Positions 13,495 to 26,600 of a stretch of 64,000 nt of DNA are shown piece by piece. The stretch is from Heterodontus francisci. Its lineage: Eukaryota. The notes under the pieces were generated by a model. The model saw nothing but the letters and a program-made list of their open reading frames with translations, was not told where the DNA came from and did no database searches. A program made the translations under genes and the position numbers. The stretch is taken from NCBI RefSeq assembly GCF_036365525.1, contig NC_090406.1:6538786-6602785 (forward strand), read 5' to 3'. Within the stretch, counting starts at the first letter, position 1; every line of letters starts with the position of its first letter.

Positions 13495-13875
13495 CATACG
13501 AGCATACGAATTAGGAGAACTAGGCCATTCGACATGTCTAGCCTGCTCCACCAGTCAATAAGATCATGGCTGGTTTGTTTGAGTCTCAAATTTCACACTC
13601 CCATCTACCCCTGATAGCCTTTGATTCCCTTGCCTGACGAGAATCTATCTACCCCCACCTTAATATTATTCAATGACCCTACCTTCACCACCACCTGAGG
13701 TAGAGAGTTCCAAAGTCATACGACCCTTTGAGAAAACATTTTCCTCATCTCTGTCCTAAAAGGGCGACCCCTAATTTTAAAACAGTGCTCCCTAGTTCTG
13801 GACTCACCCACAAGAGGAAACATCCTTTCCACATCCACCTTGTCAAGACCGTTCAGGGTCTTATATACTTTAATC
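13495..13875 (-). mobile_element. CR1 3' end inserted into an older Deu-SINE
   Basis: Same family as 781-1150; SINE tail resumes at ~13880 (gtgggagcttgctgtgtgcaaattggctgc). Confidence 0.75.
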
Positions 13876-14258
13876 TTTTTGTGGGAGCTTGCTGTGTGCA
13901 AATTGGCTGCCACGATTCCCTACATGACAACAGTGACCACTTAAAAAAAAAAATTAGTACTTCATTGGCTGTGATGTGCTTTGGGACGTCCTGAGGTCAT
14001 GAAAGGCTCTATTGAAATGCAAGTCTTCCTTTCGGTCATCCCTGGTCTGTACAACTCGGGCAGCCTTACTTACCAACTGAACCATCAACAACAACAACTT
14101 GCATTTATGCAGTGCCTTTTAACAATAGAAAACGTCCCAAGGCACTTTGGTGATGTGTGTACGGCACTTGGTGCGAGTTAGAGCACATAGGCTTAACCCC
14201 CAAGTCTTGACTGTCCAAGGCACAGGTGTGAATGGGCAGGTGGGCCAGTCCTTGCTGA

Positions 14259-14815
<557 letters not shown>

Positions 14816-15153
14816 GTAATACATTTCAATTTTCCTCTGTGTAAGTGTTGTCATACACCATCATTGCTGAGTGAGTGACTGTCCCCATCTTTGGAGGAAA
14901 AGGTTTTTTATTGATTGCTTTGACAGGAGAGAGTATTCAGCTCACCAACAGATAGCCAGGTTCCCAGGACAGTTATCTCTCCAAAACTGGGGAGGGAGGT
15001 GTCTTCAACAGCAATGCAAGTAGCTTGTGGGGAGTTGGGGGAAGAGAGGGGGCTTGGGGCCTAAACCTCTATTGCAGGTGTTTACCCCTCTCCCTGATGC
15101 ATAGGTGTGAAGGAGATGCTGATATGTAGAAAGGACACTGTTTTATTTTGTAG

Positions 15154-15240
15154 GAAATTGAACAACGGATACTGCAACAGACAGCTTCTACTGTACAGAG
15201 CAAGCAGGATTCTTCAGTACAGCACCACACGTTGAAACAG
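15154..15240 (+). CDS. GATAD2A: GATAD2A exon EIEQRILQQTASTVQSKQDSSVQHHTLKQ (not in ORF track)
   Basis: ttttgtag|GAA acceptor, CAG|gtatgg donor, 87 nt; matches human EIEQRLLQQ...LKQ. Confidence 0.92.
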
Positions 15241-15744
15241 GTATGGAAGGCAAGTAACTCAGTTAATTAATCTTTAAAATAGCAAGCACTGAATTGAAGA
15301 GCTGCCTCCATGATTAGTTATGACTGTTTCAAGTGGCTGCTCCCAGCATTCTGTTTGTGCTCACAGCAGATGAGGCATTTTCGATGGGCAGGTCCACACC
15401 CTCCGTAGACTGAAACTTGAGCACATTGTGGGTGAGATGAATGGGTTAGTATGCTGCAAGATTAAAAAGTACCCCTTTCTCTTCTGAGATGCACATCAGA
15501 AAGATGTACTAGATATCTCCTGAACTCCCCTGATTGCTCTGCAAGGTGGAAAAGCACCATGTGGACAGGCCATATATTTCAGGCTGCGGTAGAAATCCAA
15601 GTTTATTGCAAGATGCAGTTTATACAGAAGCAAAATCCAATCAGGAACAATACAATATTTGACTTTTACCAGTACATGGAATAGATATCTGACCTGGAAA
15701 TAACTCAAGGTTTCAAAATTAGTGGAATCCCTTCTGAATTCCTT

Positions 15745-18700
15745 AATTCAGACTGAATATTGAAGGGTACATGACATTTAGGAAGGACAGGAAGCTAGGA
15801 AAAGGTGGAGGGGTGGCTGTGTTAATGAATGGTATTAGCACAGTAGAGAGGGATGACCTAAATTCAGGAAACCAGGATGTAGAAACGATAAATGACAAGA
15901 AGTCACTTGTGAGAGTGATGGACAGGCCCCCTAACAGTAACCACACGGTAAGACGGGGTATCAAGGAAAAAATAATGGAAGCTTGTCAGAAAGGCACGTC
16001 GATAATCATGGGGGATTTTAATGTACACATAGACTGGAAAAATCAGATAGGCAAAGGTAGCCTAGATAAGGAATTCACAAAGTTTTCAGGAAAGTTTCAT
16101 AGAACAGCACATTCTGGCGCCAACCAGAAAGCAGGGTATACTAGACCTAGTATTGTGCAACGAGATAGGATTAATTAATTAATCATAGCGAAGGCACCTC
16201 TAGGCAGCAGCGATCATAGTATGTGAAAAATTTTACATTCAGTTTGAGGGAGAGAAGAGTGGGTCGAAGACTAGTATTTTATACTAAAGAAGAAGATACA
16301 ACCCAGACAATGGTGAAAGAGGAGGTAATTCAGACTCTAGAAGGGTTTAAAATTGATGAGGAATTATTAGATAGGGTGTCTGTTCTTCAAGTGGATAAGG
16401 CACCAGGACTGGATGAGATGCATCCACGGATACTGAGGGAAGAGACTGGAAATTGCGGAGGCACCAACCATAATTTTTTAGTCTTAGACTTGGGGGTGGT
16501 GTCCAAGTACTGGAGAATTGCAAACGTTACACTCTTGTTCAAAAAAGGGTGTAAAGATAAGCTCAACAACGACAGGCCAGTCAGTTTAACTGCGATGTTG
16601 GGGAAGCTTCTAGAAAGATCAATTCGGGACAAAATTAATTGTCACATGGACAAATGTGGGTTAATTAAAGAAAGCCAGCATGGATTTCTTCAGAGAAGAT
16701 CATGTTTAACTAACTTGCTGGAGTTTTTTGAAGAGATAACAGAGAGGGTTGATGAGGCTAATGGACTTCCAAAAGGCGTTTGATATAGTGCCACACAACA
16801 GACTTGTGAGCAAAGCTATAGCTCATGGAATAAACGGGACAGTAGCAACATGGATACGGAATTGGTTGAGTGGCAGAAAACAAAGAGTAGTGGTAAATGG
16901 ATGTTTTTCAGGCTGGAGGAAGATTTGTAGTGGAGTTCCCCAAGGGTCAATGTTGTGACCTTTGCTTTTCCTGATATGTATTAATGACCTAGACCTTGGT
17001 GTGCAGGACACAATTTCAAAGTTTGTGGATGATACAAAACTTGGAAGCATTGTGAACTGTGAGGGCAAGATAGTATCAAACTTAAAAGAAAAAGCATATA
17101 ATTGCGCAAAAATGGGTGGCAGGTCAGAAAATTGGACAGAATATATAAAAAAGCAAAAAATGATTAAAAGATTAAGTAGGAGGGAAAGATTGAGTACGAG
17201 GGAAAGCTAGTTAGAAATATAAAAACCTATAGTAAGATTTTCTATAGATATTTAAAAAATAAAAGTTAACAAAGTGAGCATTGGTCCCATAGAAAGTGAG
17301 TCTGGGGAATTCATAATGGAAATAAAGGAGATGGCAAATGAATTGAACAGGTATTTTGCATCAGGCTTCACTACAGAGGATGCAAGCAACATCCCAGAAA
17401 TAGCTGTAAATCAGGAAATGAAAGGGAGGGAGGAACTCAAAATTACAATCACCAGGGAAGTGGTACTGAGCAAATTGTTGGAGCTGCGGGCTGACAAGTC
17501 CCCAGTTCCTGCTGGACCTCATTCTAGGGTCTGAAAAGAAGTGGCTAGTGAGATAGTTGATGCTTTCGTTTTAATTTTCCAAAGTTCACTAGATTCGGGG
17601 AAGGTTCCGTTAGATTGGAAAATAGTCAATGTAACTACTTTATTCAAAATGGGAGGGAGACAGAAAGCAGGAAACTACAGGCCAGTTAGTTTAACATCTG
17701 TCAAAGGGAAAATGTTAGAAGCTATTATTAAGGATGTTATAGCAGGGCACTTAGAAAAATTCAAGGTAATCAGGCAAAGTCAACATGGTTTTGTGAAAGG
17801 GAAATCATGTTTAACAATTTATTGGAGTTCTTTGAAAGCTAGCTTTCCCTCGTACTGTAAATTGTTTCCTCCTTATTAATCTTTTAATGTTCTGTGGATA
17901 AAGGGGAACCGGTAGTTGTATGGTACTTAGATTTCCAGAAGGCATTCGATAAGGTGCCACATCAAAGGTTATTGAGGAAAAGGAAAAGCCCATGGTGTAG
18001 GGGGTAACATTTTGGCATGGATAGAAGATTGGCTAGCTAACAGGAAACAGAGAACAGTATAAATGGGTCATTTTCTTGTTGGCAGGATGTAACGAGTGGT
18101 GTGCCACAGGGATCTGTGCTGGGACCTCAACTTTTTACAATTTATATAAATTACTTGGCTGAAGGGACCGATGGTATGGTTGCTAAATTTGCTGATGACA
18201 CAAAAATAGGTAGGAAGAGGACATAAAGGGGCTACAATGGGATATAGGTTAAGTGAGTGGGCAAAGATCTGGCAAATGGAGTATAATGTGGGAAAGTGTG
18301 AATTTTCCACTTTGGCAGGAAGAGTAAAAAAGAAGCGTTTATCTAAACAGTGAGAGATTGCAGAGCTCTGAGATGCAGAGGGATCTGGGTGACCTAGTGC
18401 ATGAATCGTAAAAGGTTAGTACACAGGTACAGCATGTAATTTGGAAAGCTAATAGAATGTTGTTGTTTGTTGTGAGGGGAGTTGAATACAAAAGTAGGGA
18501 GGTTTTTTTTAGATTAGAGATACAGCACTGAAACAGGCCCTTCGGCCCACCGATTCCGCGCCGAACATCAACCACCCATTTATACTAATCCTACACTAAT
18601 TCCATATGCTTACCACATCCCCACCTGTCCCTATATTTCCCTACCACCTACCTATACTCGGGGCAATTTATAATGTCCAATTAACCTATCAACCAGCAAG

Positions 18701-19490
18701 TCTTTGGCATGTGGGAGGAAACCGGAGCACCCGGAGAAAACCCACGCAGACACAGGGAGAACTTGCAAACTCCACACAGGCAGTACCCGGAATCGAACCC
18801 GGGTCCCTGGAGCTGTGAGGCTGCGGTGCTAACCACTGCGCCACTGTGCCGCCCAAGGACACCCAGGTCTTGTTGCACCTCCCCCTTTCCCAATCTATCA
18901 CCATTCAGATAATACTGCAGTTAAACAGGGCATTGGTGAGACCACATCTGGAGCACTGTGTACAGTATTGGTCTCCTTATTTAAGGAAGGTTGTAAATAC
19001 GTTAGAAGCAGTTCAGAGATGCTTAACTGGATTAATACCTGGAATAGGCAGGTTGTCTTATGAGGAAAGGTTAGACTGGCTAGGCTTGTGTCCACTGGAG
19101 ATCAGAAGAGTAAGAGGCGACTTGATTGAAAAATACAAGATCCTGAGGGCTCTTGACAGGGTGGATGTGGAAAGGATGTTTCCCCTTGTGAGAGAATATA
19201 GAACTAGGGGTCACTGTTTAAAAGTAAGGGGTCGCCCATTTAAGCCAGAGATGAGAAATTTTTTCTCTGAGGATCGTGAGTCTTTGAAGCTCTCTCAAAA
19301 GGCGATGGAAGCAGAGTTTTTGAATATTTTTAAGGCAGAGGTAGATGGGTTCTTGATAAGCAAGGGAGTGAAAGGTTATCGGGGGTATGTGGGAATGTGG
19401 AGTTGAGGTTACAGTCGGATCAGCCATGATCTTGTTGAAGGGCGGAATATGGCCAAGTGGCCGACTGCTGCCCCTAATTCACATGTTCAT
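15745..19490 (+). mobile_element. Composite CR1 ORF2 (endonuclease and RT remnants; second CR1 piece ~16283-17065; SINE inserted)
   Basis: RKDR..GKGGGVA and IIMGDFN (APE), KAPGLD, NYRPVSLTS, QHGF, PQGS; the RT N-terminal region occurs twice. Confidence 0.88.
18503..18854 (-). mobile_element. HE1-like V-SINE, full length
   Basis: A-box tggcgcagtgg, B-box ggttcgattcc, V-domain, tail. Confidence 0.88.
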
Positions 19491-20080
19491 ATGTATTTGA
19501 ATGAACTTGCTGTTCCATCTCATAGCTGCCATGTAAAAATAGGTGGTCGAAACAAATGACCTGGAGATATAGTGACAGGCTGCAGTAAATATACCTGATA
19601 TAGGCAACACCGATCTTTTGCAATAGGTTACTAGAAACAAAAGCAAAACCCTTTCTCAGCCAGCATGCAATCGATATTAATTATTGCTCTTGCCTGGGCG
19701 AGTAGAAAATGAAAACCAGTTCCCCTCAATGTAGGGCATTACTTCTTTTGGCTGGACAGCATCTTTGTGTCATTAACATATAATGCATCCAGACAGAATT
19801 GTGTGTTTGCTTGTACCTATAGGCGAGGTGGGTAGGCAGTAAAGCAAGTCTGATCAGAACCAGCAGCCACGGCTTGTATTTGAAATTTTATAATTCATGG
19901 TATTGGCCTAGCTACAATTTAAAATTAAACAATAAATGTAGAAGTTGTCTTACCATGCCTGTCTCCCATCACGCTTCCTTCAGTAACTCTTTTGAGTACT
20001 GGACAATTTGATGTAGCAATGCACAACATAGTTTGAAAGAGGTTAGCAGTTGACCATCTGTTTTAATTAATTGCAATAAT

Positions 20081-21550
20081 TTCTTCTTCTTCTTCTTCGG
20101 CCTCCTTGTCTCGAGTGACAATGGGTAAGCGCCTGGAGGTGGTCAGTGGTTTGTGAAGCAGCGCCTAGAGTGGCTATAAAGGCCAATTCTAGAGAGACAG
20201 ACTCTTCCACCGACGTTGCAGATAAAATTGGTTGCCGGGGCTGTTACACAGTTGGCTCTCCCCATGCGCTTCTGTCTTTTTACCTGCCAACTGATAAGTC
20301 TCGTCGACTCGCCATGCTTCAGCCCCGCCTTTATGACTGTCCGCCAGATCTGGCGATCACTGGCAACTGACTCCCATGACTTGTGATCAGTGTCACAGGA
20401 CTTCATGTCACGTTTGCAGACGTCTTTAAAGTGGAGATATGGACGGCCGGTCGGTCTGATACCGGTGACGAGCTCGCTGTACAATGTATCCTTGGGGATC
20501 CTGCCATCTTCCATGTGGCTCACATGGCCAAGCCATCTCGAGCGCCACTGGCTCAGTAGTGTGTATAAGCTGGGGATGTTGGCCGCCTTGAGGACTTCTG
20601 TGTTGGAGATACGGTCCTGCCACCTGATGCCAAGGATTCTCCGGAGGCAGCGAAGATGGAATGAATTGAGACGTCGCTCTTGGCTGTCATACGTTGTCCA
20701 GGCCTCACTGCCGTAGAGCAAGGTACTGAGGACACAGGCTTGATACACTCGGACTTTTGTGTTCCGTGTCAGTGTGCCATTTTCCCACACTCTCTTGGCC
20801 AGTCTGGACATAGCAGTGGAAGCCGTTCCCATGCGCTTGTTGATTTTTGCATGGAGAGACAGGTTACTGGTGATAGTTGAGCCTAGGTAGGTGAACTCTT
20901 GAATGACTTCCAGAGCGTGGTCGCCGATATTGATGGATGGAGCATTTCTGACGTCCTGTCCCAAGATGTTCGTTTTCTTGAGGCTGATGGTTAGGCCAAA
21001 TTTGTTGCAGGCAGCCGCAAACCTGTCGATGAGTCTCTGCAGACACTCTTCTGTGTGGGATGTTAATGCAGCATCGTCAGCAAAGAGGAGTTCCCTGAAG
21101 AGGACTTTCCGTACTTTGGTCTTCGCTCTTAGATGGGCAAGGTTGGACAACCTGCCATCTGATTTTGCGTGGAGGAAAATTCCTTCTTCTGAAGACTTGA
21201 ACGCATGTGAGAGCAGCAGGGAGAAGAAGATCCCAAACAGTGTGGGTGCGAGAACACAGCCCTGTTTCACGCCACTCAGAATAGGAAAGGGGTCTGATGA
21301 GGCGCCGCTATGTTGAATTGTGCCTTTCATATTGTCATGGAATGAGGTGATGTTACTTAGTGGCTTTGGTGGACGTCCAATCTTTGCTAGTAGTCTGAAG
21401 AGACCACGTCTGCTGACGAGGTCAAAGGCTTTGGTGAGATCAGTGAAAGCAACATAGAGGGGCATCTGTTGTTCTCGGCATTTCTCCTGTAGCTGGCGAA
21501 GGGAGAACAGCATGGATCTCTCTGGTCGAAAGCCACACTGCCTCAGGGTA
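20081..21550 (-). mobile_element. RTE-clade LINE, 5'-truncated, with an open RT and C-terminal ORF
   Basis: QCGFRPERS, FTDLTKAFD, GVKQGCVLAP, LFADD, LLYGSEAWT, SRIGLYSH; (GAA)n 3' tail at 20081-20098; possible TSD attgcaa.aa. Confidence 0.92.
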
Positions 21551-22532
21551 TATATTGCAAAAACTAGATTGAAGATATGACCCACTTATTTATTGCTTTT
21601 GAGGGAAATCAATCGGCAATTGCAATCAAATGCAACAAAGCAAGTGGCCATATTTGACCCTTGATTTCCTGCTTGCTCCAATTGTGCCAGTCTCTTCGCT
21701 GTCTCAGTAATTGACAGAAGGGATTACACAGTGTGGTGGGATCTGGAAATCACTTCTTGAAGGGTGGCAAAGGCAGAAACCCTCATTGTATTTTTTAAAA
21801 ATACTTGGATATGCACTGGAAGCGTTGTAACATGCAGGGCTGTCGACCAAGAGTTGGAAAGTGTGATTAGGCTGGATAGTTCTTATTCAGCTGCTCAGAC
21901 ATAGTGGGCCGAATGGTCACCCCTTTCAAAAATACATATTTTAAAATGTTTCTATCCCTGCCTCCTGTACTCGCGAGGCCTCGGCTTTTGGCTGTCCTTC
22001 TCTACCTGTGCTCAGAGCTGGGACTGCCTCTGCTGCACTCTTAGTGAGCAACACCAGAGGAGATCAGCTAGTTGTTGGGAAGGATGTTATGTTTCCTGAA
22101 ACTTAAGCTCCACAAGAAAGGGTTTAAGTAATAATCGCTCAAATTAAAGAGAAACATGTTTGAACCTTCAAAAATGATTTTGCAATTACTGGGACTTCTT
22201 CCTACAGAAGAAACAGTGTCTTCTCAGCTCATCTGAAATAGACCCAATGCTTCCATATCTCAAAAACGCAATCCACCTGATCACTGCAAAAGATTTCTGG
22301 TAATTGGCATTTTACACGGATAAGCCTCTATTGGCAGTGATATTGGGACAGTGAATGGAGTGTTCTCTTCTAAGGTTAGGACTGATGCAGAGTAAGGGGA
22401 ACTTTGCATCCAATATTTCTTGTATTTGACCTGTGAGTCCTTTATGTTAACCTTCTGTGCTCAGAGTGTGGAATTAAATTGAATCCTGCATTTTTTATTT
22501 GTAACAAACTTTGGTGAATTTAATTTATCCAG

Positions 22533-22716
22533 AGCTCCAGCCAGCTGTCTCGAGGGCCTCAGTCGATTACAGCCAACCCCCGAGGAGTGCTGCACACGTT
22601 TAGCCAATCGTCTCAGCTGCAGAACGCAGCTCTCGTCAGCAGGCAGAGTAAGCATACTGAGAGAGCCGGGAGCAAAGGCAACACCACCACCTGGAGGAAG
22701 CAAATCACCAACACGG
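22533..22716 (+). CDS. GATAD2A: GATAD2A exon SSSQLSRG...[16 protein letters not shown]...WRKQITNT
   Basis: atccag|AGC acceptor, G|gtagat donor, 184 nt, phase 0-1; matches human ASSQLSRG...[16 protein letters not shown]. Confidence 0.9.
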
Positions 22717-22764
22717 GTAGATCAACAAGATGCTTTCTTTATTGTTGCTGTCTGTCTCTCCACG

Positions 22765-22895
22765 CCCCCCTCCTCTCCCCTGCCCCCTCATCCTCCTCCT
22801 CCTCCTCCTCCCCTGCCCCCTCATCCTCCTCTCCCCCTCCCCCTCCTCTCCCCTGACCCCTCCCCATCCCTGACCCCTCCCCATCCTCTCCCCCG
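22765..22895 (+). repeat. C-rich (TCC/CCCT) low-complexity tract in the last GATAD2A intron
   Basis: tcctcctcctcc and tccccatcc iterations. Confidence 0.8.
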
Positions 22896-23526
22896 AACCT
22901 TGTATTTCTGGGTGGGGACTTGCTCCCAGGAAGCTGTGCAGTAATTGCAGGCCTTAAAAAGGCCTATACACTATGCAAATCCAGAGTGAAACCTTGCTGC
23001 GTGTGGTCTTAAATAGCCAAATGGCTTTCTTCCCTGCAGAGCATTCCTACATTACCCAACTTGCATTAAAATGGAACTTAACCTGGGTTCCCAGAAAGTT
23101 GCTTTACAGATCCTGCAGTTTGAAGCCTAGCCACGCCCAGTGCCTATTTCCATGTGTATTCCCTTACCCAACTACTATATAAACTAGTTCCAAGAAATGG
23201 CATAGGAAGCATTATTGTGTTGTACCTGCATCATTCAATTTAAATTATACCACCTGGTGCTGTCAGCTGCTTCCTAACCTTACCTGGGATACCTCCGGAG
23301 ATGTGCTTTGAGCACAAGCATGGGTCAAGATAACGGAGAAAGAATTTGCAGTGGTCAAGACTGAGTCGATGGGAGGGGGGTCGCGAATTGAAAGGTCCGG
23401 CCAACGTGCCAACTTCCAGTCAAAAAAATAATTTGGATCTGCTCATCAGATTCCATTAATGATTTTGAGGATGTAATTTTTTTTTTGCTGCAGTGAGTAA
23501 GTTCTGACGCTTCTTTCCATTTCCAG

Positions 23527-23660
23527 GGGCTACCATGGCGTACGTTAGCCCGAATCTATCGATGCACAAGACAACTTCTGCCGTGGATCGTCAGCGAGAG
23601 TACCTGTTGGACATGATCCCCTCACGATCCATCAGCCAGTCAGCCACCACATGGAAATAA
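23527..23660 (+). CDS. GATAD2A: GATAD2A last coding exon ([43 protein letters not shown])
   Basis: ttccag|GG acceptor, phase 1, TAA at 23658-23660; the ...TWK end fits GATAD2A rather than GATAD2B. Confidence 0.95.
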
Positions 23661-26600
23661 ATCGGGGTGGGAGTAGGGGGGGTAATAGGGAAATAGCTCC
23701 GAGAGACAACTGCCTTCACTTTGCACCTCTCTTCCTTTGCTGCCACCATGCAGTCCAACAGTCAGAGGTGTGAGCCCCACGTCAACCTGGCGATTTCTCT
23801 TAGTCCTATCGGATGAAATTTGGATTTCTTTGCCTTTTGGACACTGTTCTTACACAATGTATAAGGAAAAAGTACAACATGTGACTATTTAGAAATGGGT
23901 ATTCATTTTGTCGGATTGTAATGAAAGCTGTATGGGGAAATGAGATTTTTTTTTTTACTTGCTCTTTCTGTGTGTGTGTGAGTGCATCTGTCTCCATGTG
24001 AGTGCGTGTGAGTGTGTAAACGCGTTTGCGTGTGTGTGTTTCTGTTTCTCACCTTCACCGTATAAAGGGCACCATGATCGATCTCCAGTTCTACAATAGC
24101 TGTATAGTTTTTGGGGGTTTTTTCCTTCCGTTCTCATCATGACTATAAACACAATAACCCCGGGTCAATCAACATGAGGGGTCAAGTTGAGCAGAGGGCT
24201 ACTGAGCCAGTTACAGTCGGGCAATTTGGAGCATTCAGTCTACAGGAACAGAGACTTTAGCTTTCAAGCATAGTGGGCAACATTGAAGGATAACCAAACA
24301 ACTATGCTGTCCAACCTCTGAGAACCCTCTCCTCTCCTGTGATATATATATATTTTTTGTAACTCCCACCCTTCCATCTCTAAAGCATGCTTTCCTAGTC
24401 ACTATTAAGCAAATCATGCGATTTCTCTGGGAATTCAACCCCACACCCTGCCCTGTGCCAATTTGCAAAGCAACCTCAGTTTTAATTGGAGGTTGCCTTT
24501 TTTACAATAAGAATTTGTTTTGCAGGGGAGAAATAGGTGGTTCTGCCCTACATTGTTAGAGTATGTGCAATGATGCTGGTGATTTCCAGTGTTTTTTCCT
24601 TCTCGCTCCACTGCCCACTTTCAGCCAGTGGAAGTAGCCCAGTGATTCCTTCCTTTCCTTCACAACCACCACTCCCAAAACAGCCCCATACACACATCGA
24701 TGAACATCAGTCGGTTTACAAGCAGCGCGTTCAGCACTGTGGAAATAGACAGATAACCTGAGACACGGGTCATTTTCTATTGCTTTGAAAGGAGAGATTA
24801 TTTCAGCAAAGTTTTGTTTTCTTTTGGGAGCTCTTTGTGAAATTATTCACTGGTGAGCCGGCTGCCCTGAATATCCATATTGGACAATGACATGACTTGA
24901 GCACAGAAGTTGCTCCATTTTGCTAAAGACACTTCAGGAGGGTGAGTAATTTTTTCTCCATTTTTATTTCATGCTCCTGCCGCCTTTCTCCCCTCCCCTA
25001 TTTGGACACCTTCACTTTGGAGTGCTTAGCTAGTTATCCCATTGCTGTTGTATCCAAGGCAGATCTAGCTGCTATGTTCCCAGCATTGGATTTTTAAAGG
25101 TGCCTGGGTCTGCATTCCAAACTCATTGAGGCGGGGAGGGGCGTAGTTTTTTTTAAGGACATAAGTACACTGAGCCTCGCTAGAGTTGGAGGCCCTTTCT
25201 GCCTTTGTGCTCCCAGGCCATCTAGGTCAGTTGGACTGACCTAATGGCATAAAGCTCTAATCGATGTTAAGTCATGTGTTTACATTTGGGCAGTGACAGG
25301 AGGACAGAGGTGAGTCAAGGCTATACCAAGGGGGAAGTTTCTGCCTGAAGGCAAAGCTGGGGTGGGGAGAAAGTGGGACATTTGGTTGGCGGAGTGGGAT
25401 GGGCGGGGGTGGGGGGGGTGGAGAGGCAGGGGGGAGTGGAGCGAGAGGGGTGTGGCAGACATAAAAAGCATCAACATCCACAAAGTTCAACTGTGACTGA
25501 GCAACTCTGCGCTCAATTCTGAGCTCCGAGAAGTTAGAAGTGACAGTCAATTTAGCTTGTTTATTTCTCCTTCCAGTGTGAATTTCTTTTGACCAATATT
25601 TACAGAGATTTTTATTTTCCCCTCCTTTTTGATATCCAATTAGTCATTAGGAACCAAAAAAAGATTTTGCCAGTTGTCCCTGTTTTGTTGTTGTAAATCT
25701 TAGGGTTTTTATTTGTGTATGATTGGTTAGCTGGAATGAGAAATTTAATTCCACCAAATTTAAGTTAATATTTTTGAGTGCATTTCTTGCACTGCAGAGA
25801 TCAAAGTGTAACAATGCAATTTTCAGAGACCCTGACATTTGCATCTGATCAGAGTTGGCTCAACTCTCATTTGTGGAAACGGGTTGAAAAGAACATGTTT
25901 CTGATCCTATAACACACACACACGCAGGGAGGTAGGGGTTTATGCACTATTCAGTTTCTAAACCCAGCCACGTGCTCCCAGGAACTAATAAGGAACAACT
26001 GTGACTTAGGAAGTGCACCAATGCACTGCAGTACTGAGCACTACAGAAAAGGTCAGTTCCAGGTTCGATCCCAGTTTGATCTTAGCAGATGGGGGCCACC
26101 AGGAACTACATGGAGTTGCTACCCTTCGCCTCTGTGCCCCATAAGCTAGGGAAAGTGGCAGAGGTTCGTGTGCCTGTTGGCCATCCAGTAACTCCTATTG
26201 GAAAGTCCAATTGCATGTGTGGAGGTGAAGATTGATCACGAATGTTTTGCCTGACCTCTAGCTTCACTGCCCCGCCCCACCAAAATCCCCACAAACAGCG
26301 ATCAAAAATCCTCGTGCTCCTCAGCCAATTCATGCATGAAGTTGCGCAACCACCTGGTTGAGGCAGAGGACTGCAGGGCTACTGTGAAATTAGGTCACGA
26401 CAAGAGTTGGAGCATAAGGGAGAAGGACGAAGCTTCTACATATTGGTCACTGCTCCGGATTGCCTCCTGTATACTACTACTGTGCAGCTACCAGAACAAT
26501 TTCATCCCCTCTTTTTTAAAAAAAAACATACAGCATATCCAGGAAGGTGTGTAACCATGTCAGTATGTTGTATTATTTTTGTTTGGAGTGACGAGGGGCC

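Noticed and set aside
15241-15270. Read-through extension equivalent to the human VIKPRRKL segment
   Set aside because: The frame hits TAA after nine codons, and I could not find a matching exon in the intron
18760-18854. tRNA gene
   Set aside because: The A/B boxes belong to the SINE head, continue into the V-domain and recur in four copies
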